NCBI GenBank assembly: GCA_964016885.1
Contig: OZ024740.1
Span: 204,042,001 to 204,106,000 of the forward strand
Length of the DNA stretch: 64,000 nucleotides
Direction of reading: 5' to 3'
DNA from: Eledone cirrhosa
Lineage: Eukaryota
The notes beneath the pieces were generated by a model. The model saw only the letters and a list, made by a program, of their open reading frames with translations, did no database searches and was not told where the DNA came from. Shown here in pieces: positions 25,601 through 40,600 of the stretch (position 1 is the stretch's first letter; each line of letters starts with the position of its first letter). The translations under genes were made by a program, and so were the position numbers.

Positions 25601-28600
25601 GTATCAACAGATGTTGAGATATATACTGGACAGTAGAGACACGTTACACTATGTCCCCTACCATTGAATACCACTGTCAGGGTGTGTTGTATCTACAGAT
25701 GTAAAGATATATACTGGACAGTAGAGAGACGTTACACTATGTCCCCTACCATTCAATATCACTGTCTGGGTGTGTTGTATCTACAGATGTAGAGATATAT
25801 ACTGAACAGTAGAGAGACGTTACACTATGTCCCCTACCATTCAATACCATTGTCAGGGTGTGTTGTATCTACAGGTATAGAGATATATACTGGATAGTAG
25901 AGAGACGTTACACTATGTCCCCTACCATTGAATACCACTGTCAGGGTGTGTTGTATCTACAGATATAGAGATATATACTGGACAGTAGAGAGACGTTACA
26001 CTATGTCCCCTACCATTGAATACCACCTTCAGGGTGTGTTGTATCTACAATTATAGAGATATATACTGGACAGTAGAGAGACGTTACACTATGTCCCCTA
26101 CCATTGAATACCACTGTCAGGGTGTGTTGTATCTACAGATATAGAGATATATACAGGACAGTAGAGAGATGTTACACTATGTCCCCTACCATTGAATACC
26201 ACTGTCAGGGTGTGTTGTATCTACAGATGTAAAGATATATACTGGACAGTAGAGAGACGTTACACTATGTCCCCTACCATTCAATACCACTGTCTGGGTG
26301 TGTTGTATCTAGAGATGTAGAGATATATACTGAACAGTAGAGAAACGTTACACTATGTCCCCTACCATTCAATACCACTATCAGGGTGTGTTGTATCTAC
26401 AGGTATAGAGATATATACTTGATAGTAGAGAGACGTTACACTATGTCCCCTACCATTGAATACCACTGTCTGGGTGTGTTGTATCTACAAGTATAGAGAT
26501 ATATACTGGATAGTACCGAGACGTAACACTATGTCCCCTAACATTGAATACCACTGTCAGGGTGTGTTGTATTTACAGATGTAGAGATATATACTGGACA
26601 GTAGAGGGGTTACACTATGTCCCCTACCATTGAATTCCACTGTCAGGGTGTGTTGTATCTACAGATATAGAGATATATACTGGACAGTAGAGAGACGTTA
26701 CACTATGTCCCCTACCATTGAATACCACTGTCTGGGTGTGTTGTATCTACAAGTATAGAGATATATACTGGACAGTAGAGAGACGTTACACTATGTCCCC
26801 TACCATTGAATACCACTGTCTGGGTGTGTTGTATCTACAAGTATAGAGATATATACTGGACAGTAGAGAGACGTTACACTATGTCCCCTACCATGGAATA
26901 CCACTGTCAGGGTGTGTTGTTTCAACAGATGTAGAGATATATACTGGACAGTAGAGACACGTTACACTATGTCCCCTACCATTGAATACCACTGTCAGGG
27001 TGTGTTGTATCTACAGATGTAAAGATATATACTGGACAGTAGAGAGACGTTACACTATGTCCCCTACCATTCAATATCACTGTCTGGGTGTGTTGTATCT
27101 ACAGATGTAGAGATATATACTGAACAGTAGAGAGACGTTACACTATGTCCCCTACCATTCAATACCATTGTCAGGGTGTGTTGTATCTACAGGTATAGAG
27201 ATATATACTGGATAGTAGAGAGACGTTACACTATGTCCCCTACCATTGAATACCACTGTCTGGGTGTGTTGTATCTACAAGTATAGAGATATATACTGGA
27301 TAGTAGCGAGACGTTCCACTATGTCCTCTACCATTGAATACCACTGTCAGGGTGTGTTATATCTACAGATGTAGAGATATATACTGGTCATTAGAGAGAC
27401 GTTACACTATGTCTCTTACCATGGAATACCACTGTCAGGGTGTATTGTATCTACAGGTATAGAGATATATACTGGACAGTAGAGAGACGTTACACTATGT
27501 CCCCTATCATTGAATACCACTGTCAGGGTGTGTTGTATCTACAGATGTAGAGATATATACTGGACAGTAGAGGGGTTACACTATGTCCCGTACCATTGAA
27601 TTCCACTGTCAGGATGTGTTGTATCTACAGATATAGAGATATATACTGGGCAGTAGAGAGACGTTACACTATGTCCCCTACCATTGAATACCAATGTCAG
27701 GGTGTGTTGTATCTACAAGTATAGAGATATACACTGGACAGTAGAGAGACGTTACACTATGTCCCCTACCATTGAATACCACTGTCAGGGTATGTTGTAT
27801 CTACAGGTATAGAGATATATACTGGATAGTAGAGAGACGTTACACTATGTCCCCTACCATTGAATACCACTGTCAGGGTGTGTTGTATCTACAGATATAG
27901 AGATATATACTGGATAGTAGAGAGACGTTACACTATGTCCCCTACCATTGAATACCACTGTCAGGGTATGTTGTATCTACAGGTATAGAGATATATACTG
28001 GATAGTAGAGAGACGTTACACTATGTCCCCTACCATTGAATACCACTGTCAGGGTGTGTTGTATCTACAGATATAGAGATATATACTGGACAGTAGAGAG
28101 ACGTTACACTATGTCCCCTACCATTGAATACCACTGTCAGGGTGTGTTGTATCTACAATTATAGAGATATATACTGGACAGTAGAGAGACGTTACACTAT
28201 GTCCCCTACCATTGAATACCACTGTCAGGGTGTGTTGTATCTACAGATATAGAGATATATACAGGACAGTAGAGAGATGTTACACTATGTCCCCTACCAT
28301 TCAATACCACTGTCTGGGTGTGTTGTATCTAGAGATGTAGAGATATATACTGAACAGTAGAGAAACGTTACACTATGTCCCCTACCATTCAATACCACTA
28401 TCAGGGTGTGTTGTATCTACAGGTATAGAGATATATACTTGATAGTAGAGAGACGTTACACTATGTCCCCTACCATTGAATACCACTGTCTGGGTGTGTT
28501 GTATCTACAAGTATAGAGATATATACTGGATAGTACCGAGACGTAACACTATGTCCCCTAACATTGAATACCACTGTCAGGGTGTGTTGTATTTACAGAT

Positions 28601-31600
28601 GTAGAGATATATACTGGACAGTAGAGGGGTTACACTATGTCCCCTACCATTGAATTCCACTGTCAGGGTGTGTTGTATCTACAGATATAGAGATATATAC
28701 TGGACAGTAGAGAGACGTTACACTATGTCCCCTACCATTGAATACCACTGTCTGGGTGTGTTGTATCTACAAGTATAGAGATATATACTGGATAGTAGCG
28801 AGACGTTCCACTATGTCCTCTACCATTGAATACCACTGTCAGGGTGTGTTATATCTACAGATGTACAGATATATACTGGTCATTAGAGAGACGTTACACT
28901 ATGTCTCTTACCATGGAATACCACTGTCAGGGTGTATTGTATCTACAGGTATAGAGATATATACTGGACAGTAGAGAGACGTTACACTATGTCCCCTATC
29001 ATTGAATACCACTGTCAGGGTGTGTTGTATCTACAGATGTAGAGATATATACTGGACAGTAGAGGGGTTACACTATGTCCCGTACCATTGAATTCCACTG
29101 TCAGGATGTGTTGTATCTACAGATATAGAGATATATACTGGACAGTAGAGAGACGTTACACTATGTCCCCTACCATTGAATACCAATGTCAGGGTGTGTT
29201 GTATCTACAAGTATAGAGATATACACTGGACAGTAGAGAGACGTTACACTATGTCCCCTACCATACAATACCACTGTCAGGGTGTGTTGTATCTACAGGT
29301 ATAGAGATATATACTGGATAGTAGAGAGACGTTACACTATGTCCCCTACCATTGAATACACTGTCAGGGTGTGTTGTATCTACAGATATAGAGATATATA
29401 CTGGATAGTAGAGAGACGTTACACTATGTCCCCTACCATTGAATACCACTGTCAGGGTATGTTGTATCTACAGGTATAGAGATATATACTGGATAGTAGA
29501 GAGACGTTACACTATGTCCCCTACCATTGAATACCACTGTCAGGGTGTGTTGTATCTACAGATATAGAGATATATACTGGACAGTAGAGAGACGTTACAC
29601 TATGTCCCCTACCATTGAATACCACTGTCAGGGTGTGTTGTATCTACAATTATAGAGATATATACTGGACAGTAGAGAGACGTTACACTATGTCCCCTAC
29701 CATTGAATACCACTGTCAGGGTGTGTTGTATCTACAGATGTAAAGATATATACTGGACAGTAGAGAGACGTTACACTATGTTCCCTACCATACAATACCA
29801 CTGTCAGGGTGTGTTGTATCTACAGGTATAGAGATATATACTGGATAGTAGAGAGACGTTACACTATGTCCCCTACCATTGAATACCACTGTCAGGGTAT
29901 GTTGTATCTACAGGTATAGAGATATATACTGGATAGTAGAGAGACGTTACACTATGTCCCCTACCATTGAATACCACTGTCAGGGTGTGTTGTATCTACA
30001 GATATAGAGATATATACTGGACAGTAGAGAGACGTTACACTATGTCCCCTACCATTGAATACCACTGTCAGGGTGTGTTGTATCTACAATTATAGAGATA
30101 TATACTGGACAGTAGAGAGACGTTACACTATGTCCCCTACCATTGAATACCACTGTCAGGGTGTGTTGTATCTACAGATATAGAGATATATACAGGACAG
30201 TAGAGAGATGTTACACTATGTCCCCTACCATTGAATACCACTGTCAGGGTGTGTTGTATCTACAGATGTAAAGATATATACTGGACAGTAGAGAGACGTT
30301 ACACTATGTCCCCTACCATTCAATACCACTGTCTGGGTGTGTTGTATCTACAGGTATAGAGATATATACTTGATAGTAGAGAGACGTTACACTATGTCCC
30401 CTACCATTGAATACCACTGTCTGGGTGTGTTGTATCTACAAGTATAGAGATATATACTGGATAGTACCGAGACGTAACACTATGTCCCCTAACATTGAAT
30501 ACCACTGTCAGGGTGTGTTGTATCTACAGATGTAGAGATATATACTGGACAGTAGAGGGGTTACACTATGTCCCCTACCATTGAATTCCACTGTCAGGGT
30601 GTGTTGTATCTACAGATATAGAGATATATACTGGACAGTAGAGAGACGTTACACTATGTCCCCTACCATTTAATACCACTGTCTGGGTGTGTTGTATCTA
30701 CAAGTATAGAGATATATACTGGACAGTAGAGAGACGTTACACTATGTCCCCTACCATTGAATACCACTGTCTGGGTGTGTTGTATCTACAAGTATAGAGA
30801 TATATACTGGACAGTAGAGAGACGTTACACTATGTCCCCTACCATGGAATACCACTGTCAGGGTGTGTTGTATCAACAGATGTTGAGATATATACTGGAC
30901 AGTAGAGACACGTTACACTATGTCCCCTACCATTGAATACCACTGTCAGGGTGTGTTGTATCTACAGATGTAAAGATATATACTGGACAGTAGAGAGACG
31001 TTACACTATGTCCCCTACCATTCAATATCACTGTCTGGGTGTGTTGTATCTACAGATGTAGAGATATATACTGAACAGTAGAGAGACGTTACACTATGTC
31101 CCCTACCATTCAATACCATTGTCAGGGTGTGTTGTATCTACAGGTATAGAGATATATACTGGATAGTAGAGAGACGTTACACTATGTCCCCTACCATTGA
31201 ATACCACTGTCAGGGTGTGTTGTATCTACAGATATAGAGATATATACTGGACAGTAGAGAGACGTTACACTATGTCCCCTACCATTGAATACCACTGTCA
31301 GGGTGTGTTGTATCTACAATTATAGAGATATATACTGGACAGTAGAGAGACGTTACACTATGTCCCCTACCATTGAATACCACTGTCAGGGTGTGTTGTA
31401 TCTACAGATATAGAGATATATACAGGACAGTAGAGAGATGTTACACTATGTCCCCTACCATTGAATACCACTGTCAGGGTGTGTTGTATCTACAGATGTA
31501 AAGATATATACTGGACAGTAGAGAGACGTTACACTATGTCCCCTACCATTCAATACCACTGTCTGGGTGTGTTGTATCTAGAGATGTAGAGATATATACT

Positions 31601-34600
31601 GAACAGTAGAGAAACGTTACACTATGTCCCCTACCATTCAATACCACTATCAGGGTGTGTTGTATCTACAGGTATAGAGATATATACTTGATAGTAGAGA
31701 GACGTTACACTATGTCCCCTACCATTGAATACCACTGTCTGGGTGTGTTGTATCTACAAGTATAGAGATATATACTGGATAGTACCGAGACGTAACACTA
31801 TGTCCCCTAACATTGAATACCACTGTCAGGGTGTGTTGTATTTACAGATGTAGAGATATATACTGGACAGTAGAGGGGTTACACTATGTCCCCTACCATT
31901 GAATTCCACTGTCAGGGTGTGTTGTATCTACAGATATAGAGATATATACTGGACAGTAGAGAGACGTTACACTATGTCCCCTACCATTGAATACCACTGT
32001 CTGGGTGTGTTGTATCTACAAGTATAGAGATATATACTGGACAGTAGAGAGACGTTACACTATGTCCCCTACCATTGAATACCACTGTCTGGGTGTGTTG
32101 TATCTACAAGTATAGAGATATATACTGGACAGTAGAGAGACGTTACACTATGTCCCCTACCATGGAATACCACTGTCAGGGTGTGTTGTTTCAACAGATG
32201 TAGAGATATATACTGGACAGTAGAGACACGTTACACTATGTCCCCTACCATTGAATACCACTGTCAGGGTGTGTTGTATCTACAGATGTAAAGATATATA
32301 CTGGACAGTAGAGAGACGTTACACTATGTCCCCTACCATTCAATATCACTGTCTGGGTGTGTTGTATCTACAGATGTAGAGATATATACTGAACAGTAGA
32401 GAGACGTTACACTATGTCCCCTACCATTCAATACCATTGTCAGGGTGTGTTGTATCTACAGGTATAGAGATATATACTGGATAGTAGAGAGACGTTACAC
32501 TATGTCCCCTACCATTGAATACCACTGTCTGGGTGTGTTGTATCTACAAGTATAGAGATATATACTGGATAGTAGCGAGACGTTCCACTATGTCCTCTAC
32601 CATTGAATACCACTGTCAGGGTGTGTTATATCTACAGATGTAGAGATATATACTGGTCATTAGAGAGACGTTACACTATGTCCCCTATCATTGAATACCA
32701 CTGTCAGGGTGTGTTGTATCTACAGATGTAGAGATATATACTGGACAGTAGAGGGGTTACACTATGTCCCGTACCATTGAATTCCACTGTCAGGATGTGT
32801 TGTATCTACAGATATAGAGATATATACTGGGCAGTAGAGAGACGTTACACTATGTCCCCTACCATTGAATACCAATGTCAGGGTGTGTTGTATCTACAAG
32901 TATAGAGATATACACTGGACAGTAGAGAGACGTTACACTATGTCCCCTACCATTGAATACCACTGTCAGGGTATGTTGTATCTACAGGTATAGAGATATA
33001 TACTGGATAGTAGAGAGACGTTACACTATGTCCCCTACCATTGAATACCACTGTCAGGGTGTGTTGTATCTACAGATATAGAGATATATACTGGATAGTA
33101 GAGAGACGTTACACTATGTCCCCTACCATTGAATACCACTGTCAGGGTATGTTGTATCTACAGGTATAGAGATATATACTGGATAGTAGAGAGACGTTAC
33201 ACTATGTCCCCTACCATTGAATACCACTGTCAGGGTGTGTTGTATCTACAGATATAGAGATATATACTGGACAGTAGAGAGACGTTACACTATGTCCCCT
33301 ACCATTGAATACCACTGTCAGGGTGTGTTGTATCTACAATTATAGAGATATATACTGGACAGTAGAGAGACGTTACACTATGTCCCCTACCATTGAATAC
33401 CACTGTCAGGGTGTGTTGTATCTACAGATATAGAGATATATACAGGACAGTAGAGAGATGTTACACTATGTCCCCTACCATTGAATACCACTGTCAGGGT
33501 GTGTTGTATCTACAGATGTAAAGATATATACTGGACAGTAGAGAGACGTTACACTATGTCCCCTACCATACAATACCACTGTCAGGGTGTGTTGTATCTA
33601 CAGGTATAGAGATATATACTGGATAGTAGAGAGACGTTACACTATGTCCCCTACCATTGAATACCACTGTCAGGGTATGTTGTATCTACAGGTATAGAGA
33701 TATATACTGGATAGTAGAGCGACGTTACACTATGTCCCCTACCATTGAATACCACTGTCAGGGTGTGTTGTATCTACAGATATAGAGATATATACTGGAC
33801 AGTAGAGAGACGTTACACTATGTCCCATACCATTGAATACCACTGTCAGGGTGTGTTGTATCTACAATTATAGAGATATATACTGGACAGTAGAGAGACG
33901 TTACACTATGTCCCCTACCATTGAATACCACTGTCAGGGTGTGTTGTATTTACAGATGTAGAGATATATACTGGACAGTAGAGGGGTTACACTATGTCCC
34001 CTACCATTGAATTCCACTGTCAGGGTGTGTTGTATCTACAGATATAGAGATATATACTGGACAGTAGAGAGACGTTACACTATGTCCCCTACCATTGAAT
34101 ACCACTGTCTGGGTGTGTTGTATCTACAAGTATAGAGATATATACTGGACAGTAGAGAGACGTTACACTATGTCCCCTACCATTGAATACCACTGTCTGG
34201 GTGTGTTGTATCTACAAGTATAGAGATATATACTGGACAGTAGAGAGACGTTACACTATGTCCCCTACCATGGAATACCACTGTCAGGGTGTGTTGTATC
34301 AACAGATGTAGAGATATATACTGGACAGTAGAGACACGTTACACTATGTCCCCTACCATTGAATACCACTGTCAGGGTGTGTTGTATCTACAGATGTAAA
34401 GATATATACTGGACAGTAGAGAGACGTTACACTATGTCCCCTACCATTCAATATCACTGTCTGGGTGTGTTGTATCTACAGATGTAGAGATATATACTGA
34501 ACAGTAGAGAGACGTTACACTATGTCCCCTACCATTCAATACCATTGTCAGGGTGTGTTGTATCTACAGGTATAGAGATATATACTGGATAGTAGAGAGA

Positions 34601-37600
34601 CGTTACACTATGTCCCCTACCATTGAATACCACTGTCTGGGTGTGTTGTATCTACAAGTATAGAGATATATACTGGATAGTACCGAGACGTTACACTATG
34701 TCCCCTACCATTGAATACCACTGTCAGGGTGTGTTGTGTCTACAAGTATAGAGATATACACTGGACAGTAGAGAGACGTTACACTATGTCCCCTACCATA
34801 CAATACCACTGTCAGGGTGTGTTGTATCTACAGGTATAGAGATATATACTGGATAGTAGAGAGACGTTACACTATGTCCCCTACCATTGAATACCACTGT
34901 CAGGGTGTGTTGTATCTACAGGTATAAAGATATATACTGGACAGTAGAGAGACGTTACACTATGTTCCCTACCATTCAATACCACTGTCATGGTGTGTTG
35001 TATCTACAGATGTACAGATATATACTGGTCATTAGAGAGACGTTACACTATGTCTCTTACCATGGAATACCACTGTCAGGGTGTATTGTATCTACAGGTA
35101 TAGAGATATATACTGGACAGTAGAGAGACGTTACACTATGTCCCCTATCATTGAATACCACTGTCAGGGTGTGTTGTATCTACAGATGTAGAGATATATA
35201 CTGGACAGTAGAGGGGTTACACTATGTCCCGTACCATTGAATTCCACTGTCAGGATGTGTTGTATCTACAGATATAGAGATATATACTGGACAGTAGAGA
35301 GACGTTACACTATGTCCCCTACCATTGAATACCAATGTCAGGGTGTGTTGTATCTACAAGTATAGAGATATACACTGGACAGTAGAGAGACGTTACACTA
35401 TGTCCCCTACCATACAATACCACTGTCAGGGTGTGTTGTATCTACAGGTATAGAGATATATACTGGATAGTAGAGAGACGTTACACTATGTCCCCTACCA
35501 TTGAATACCACTGTCAGGGTGTGTTGTATCTACAGATATAGAGATATATACTGGATAGTAGAGAGACGTTACACTATGTCCCCTACCATTGAATACCACT
35601 GTCAGGGTATGTTGTATCTACAGGTATAGAGATATATACTGGATAGTAGAGAGACGTTACACTATGTCCCCTACCATTGAATACCACTGTCAGGGTGTGT
35701 TGTATCTACAGATATAGAGATATATACTGGACAGTAGAGAGACGTTACACTATGTCCCCTACCATTGAATACCACTGTCAGGGTGTGTTGTATCTACAAT
35801 TATAGAGATATATACTGGACAGTAGAGAGACGTTACACTATGTCCCCTACCATTGAATACCACTGTCAGGGTGTGTTGTATCTACAGATGTAAAGATATA
35901 TACTGGACAGTAGAGAGACGTTACACTATGTCCCCTACCATACAATACCACTGTCAGGGTGTGTTGTATCTACAGGTATAGAGATATATACTGGATAGTA
36001 GAGAGACGTTACACTATGTCCCCTACCATTGAATACCACTGTCAGGGTGTGTTGTATCTACAGATATAGAGATATATACTGGACAGTAGAGAGACGTTAC
36101 ACTATGTCCCCTACCATACAATACCACTGTCAGGGTATGTTGTATCTACAGGTATAGAGATATATACTGGACAGTAGAGAGACGTTACACTATGTCCCCT
36201 ATCATTGAATACCACTGTCAGGGTGTGTTGTATCTACAGATGTAGAGATATATACTGGACAGTAGAGGGGTTACACTATGTCCCGTACCATTGAATTCCA
36301 CTGTCAGGATGTGTTGTATCTACAGATATAGAGATATATACTGGGCAGTAGAGAGACGTTACACTATGTCCCCTACCATTGAATACCAATGTCAGGGTGT
36401 GTTGTATCTACAAGTATAGAGATATACACTGGACAGTAGAGAGACGTTACACGATGTCCCCTACCATTGAATACCACTGTCAGGGTATGTTGTATCTACA
36501 GGTATAGAGATATATACTGGATAGTAGAGAGACGTTACACTATGTCCCCTACCATTGAATACCACTGTCAGGGTGTGTTGTATCTACAGATATAGAGATA
36601 TATACTGGATAGTAGAGAGACGTTACACTATGTCCCCTACCATTGAATACCACTGTCAGGGTATGTTGTATCTACAGGTATAGAGATATATACTGGATAG
36701 TAGAGAGACGTTACACTATGTCCCCTACCATTGAATACCACTGTCAGGGTGTGTTGTATCTACAGATATAGAGATATATACTGGACAGTAGAGAGACGTT
36801 ACACTATGTCCCCTACCATTGAATACCACTGTCAGGGTGTGTTGTATCTACAATTATAGAGATATATACTGGACAGTAGAGAGACGTTACACTATGTCCC
36901 CTACCATTGAATACCACTGTCAGGGTGTGTTGTATCTACAGATATAGAGATATATACAGGACAGTAGAGAGATGTTACACTATGTCCCCTACCATTGAAT
37001 ACCACTGTCAGGGTGTGTTGTATCTACAGATGTAAAGATATATACTGGACAGTAGAGAGACGTTACACTATGTCCCCTACCATACAATACCACTGTCAGG
37101 GTGTGTTGTATCTACAGGTATAGAGATATATACTGGATAGTAGAGAGACGTTACACTATGTCCCCTACCATTGAATACCACTGTCAGGGTATGTTGTATC
37201 TACAGGTATAGAGATATATACTGGATAGTAGAGCGACGTTACACTATGTCCCCTACCATTGAATACCACTGTCAGGGTGTGTTGTATCTACAGATATAGA
37301 GATATATACTGGACAGTAGAGAGACGTTACACTATGTCCCATACCATTGAATACCACTGTCAGGGTGTGTTGTATCTACAATTATAGAGATATATACTGG
37401 ACAGTAGAGAGACGTTACACTATGTCCCCTACCATTGAATACCACTGTCAGGGTGTGTTGTATTTACAGATGTAGAGATATATACTGGACAGTAGAGGGG
37501 TTACACTATGTCCCCTACCATTGAATTCCACTGTCAGGGTGTGTTGTATCTACAGATATAGAGATATATACTGGACAGTAGAGAGACGTTACACTATGTC

Positions 37601-40600
37601 CCCTACCATTGAATACCACTGTCTGGGTGTGTTGTATCTACAAGTATAGAGATATATACTGGACAGTAGAGAGACGTTACACTATGTCCCCTACCATTGA
37701 ATACCACTGTCTGGGTGTGTTGTATCTACAAGTATAGAGATATATACTGGACAGTAGAGAGACGTTACACTATGTCCCCTACCATGGAATACCACTGTCA
37801 GGGTGTGTTGTATCAACAGATGTAGAGATATATACTGGACAGTAGAGACACGTTACACTATGTCCCCTACCATTGAATACCACTGTCAGGGTGTGTTGTA
37901 TCTACAGATGTAAAGATATATACTGGACAGTAGAGAGACGTTACACTATGTCCCCTACCATTCAATATCACTGTCTGGGTGTGTTGTATCTACAGATGTA
38001 GAGATATATACTGAACAGTAGAGAGACGTTACACTATGTCCCCTACCATTCAATACCATTGTCAGGGTGTGTTGTATCTACAGGTATAGAGATATATACT
38101 GGATAGTAGAGAGACGTTACACTATGTCCCCTACCATTGAATACCACTGTCTGGGTGTGTTGTATCTACAAGTATAGAGATATATACTGGATAGTAGCGA
38201 GACGTTCCACTATGTCCTCTACCATTGAATACCACTGTCAGGGTGTGTTATATCTACAGATGTAGAGATATATACTGGTCATTAGAGAGACGTTACACTA
38301 TGTCTCTTACCATGGAATACCACTGTCAGGGTGTATTGTATCTACAGGTATAGAGATATATACTGGACAGTAGAGAGACGTTACACTATGTCCCCTATCA
38401 TTGAATACCACTGTCAGGGTGTGTTGTATCTACAGATGTAGAGATATATACTGGACAGTAGAGGGGTTACACTATGTCCCGTACCATTGAATTCCACTGT
38501 CAGGATGTGTTGTATCTACAGATATAGAGATATATACTGGGCAGTAGAGAGACGTTACACTATGTCCCCTACCATTGAATACCAATGTCAGGGTGTGTTG
38601 TATCTACAAGTATAGAGATATACACTGGACAGTAGAGAGACGTTACACTATGTCCCCTACCATTGAATACCACTGTCAGGGTATGTTGTATCTACAGGTA
38701 TAGAGATATATACTGGATAGTAGAGAGACGTTACACTATGTCCCCTACCATTGAATACCACTGTCAGGGTGTGTTGTATCTACAGATATAGAGATATATA
38801 CTGGATAGTAGAGAGACGTTACACTATGTCCCCTACCATTGAATACCACTGTCAGGGTATGTTGTATCTACAGGTATAGAGATATATACTGGATAGTAGA
38901 GAGACGTTACACTATGTCCCCTACCATTGAATACCACTGTCAGGGTGTGTTGTATCTACAGATATAGAGATATATACTGGACAGTAGAGAGACGTTACAC
39001 TATGTCCCCTACCATTGAATACCACTGTCAGGGTGTGTTGTATCTACAATTATAGAGATATATACTGGACAGTAGAGAGACGTTACACTATGTCCCCTAC
39101 CATTGAATACCACTGTCAGGGTGTGTTGTATCTACAGATATAGAGATATATACAGGACAGTAGAGAGATGTTACACTATGTCCCCTACCATTGAATACCA
39201 CTGTCAGGGTGTGTTGTATCTACAGATGTAAAGATATATACTGGACAGTAGAGAGACGTTACACTATGTCCCCTACCATACAATACCACTGTCAGGGTGT
39301 GTTGTATCTACAGGTATAGAGATATATACTGGATAGTAGAGAGACGTTACACTATGTCCCCTACCATTGAATACCACTGTCAGGGTATGTTGTATCTACA
39401 GGTATAGAGATATATACTGGATAGTAGAGCGACGTTACACTATGTCCCCTACCATTGAATACCACTGTCAGGGTGTGTTGTATCTACAGATATAGAGATA
39501 TATACTGGACAGTAGAGAGACGTTACACTATGTCCCATACCATTGAATACCACTGTCAGGGTGTGTTGTATCTACAATTATAGAGATATATACTGGACAG
39601 TAGAGAGACGTTACACTATGTCCCCTACCATTGAATACCACTGTCAGGGTGTGTTGTATCTACAGATATAGAGATATATACAGGACAGTAGAGAGATGTT
39701 ACACTATGTCCCCTACCATTGAATACCACTGTCAGGGTGTGTTGTATCTACAGATGTAAAGATATATACTGGACAGTAGAGAGACGTTACACTATGTCCC
39801 CTACCATTCAATACCACTGTCTGGGTGTGTTGTATCTAGAGATGTAGAGATATATACTGAACAGTAGAGAGACGTTACACTATGTCCCCTACCATACAAT
39901 ACCACTGTCAGGGTGTGTTGTATCTACAGGTATAGAGATATATACTTGATAGTAGAGAGACGTTACACTATGTCCCCTACCATTGAATACCACTGTCTGG
40001 GTGTGTTGTATCTACAAGTATAGAGATATATACTGGATAGTACCGAGACGTTACACTATGTCCCCTACCATTGAATACCACTGTCAGGGTGTGTTGTGTC
40101 TACAAGTATAGAGATATACACTGGACAGTAGAGAGACGTTACACTATGTCCCCTACCATACAATACCACTGTCAGGGTGTGTTGTATCTACAGGTATAGA
40201 GATATATACTGGATAGTAGAGAGACGTTACACTATGTCCCCTACCATTGAATACCACTGTCAGGGTGTGTTGTATCTACAGGTATAAAGATATATACTGG
40301 ACAGTAGAGAGACGTTACACTATGTTCCCTACCATTCAATACCACTGTCATGGTGTGTTGTATCTACAGATGTACAGATATATACTGGTCATTAGAGAGA
40401 CGTTACACTATGTCTCTTACCATGGAATACCACTGTCAGGGTGTATTGTATCTACAGGTATAGAGATATATACTGGACAGTAGAGAGACGTTACACTATG
40501 TCCCCTATCATTGAATACCACTGTCAGGGTGTGTTGTATCTACAGATGTAGAGATATATACTGGACAGTAGAGGGGTTACACTATGTCCCGTACCATTGA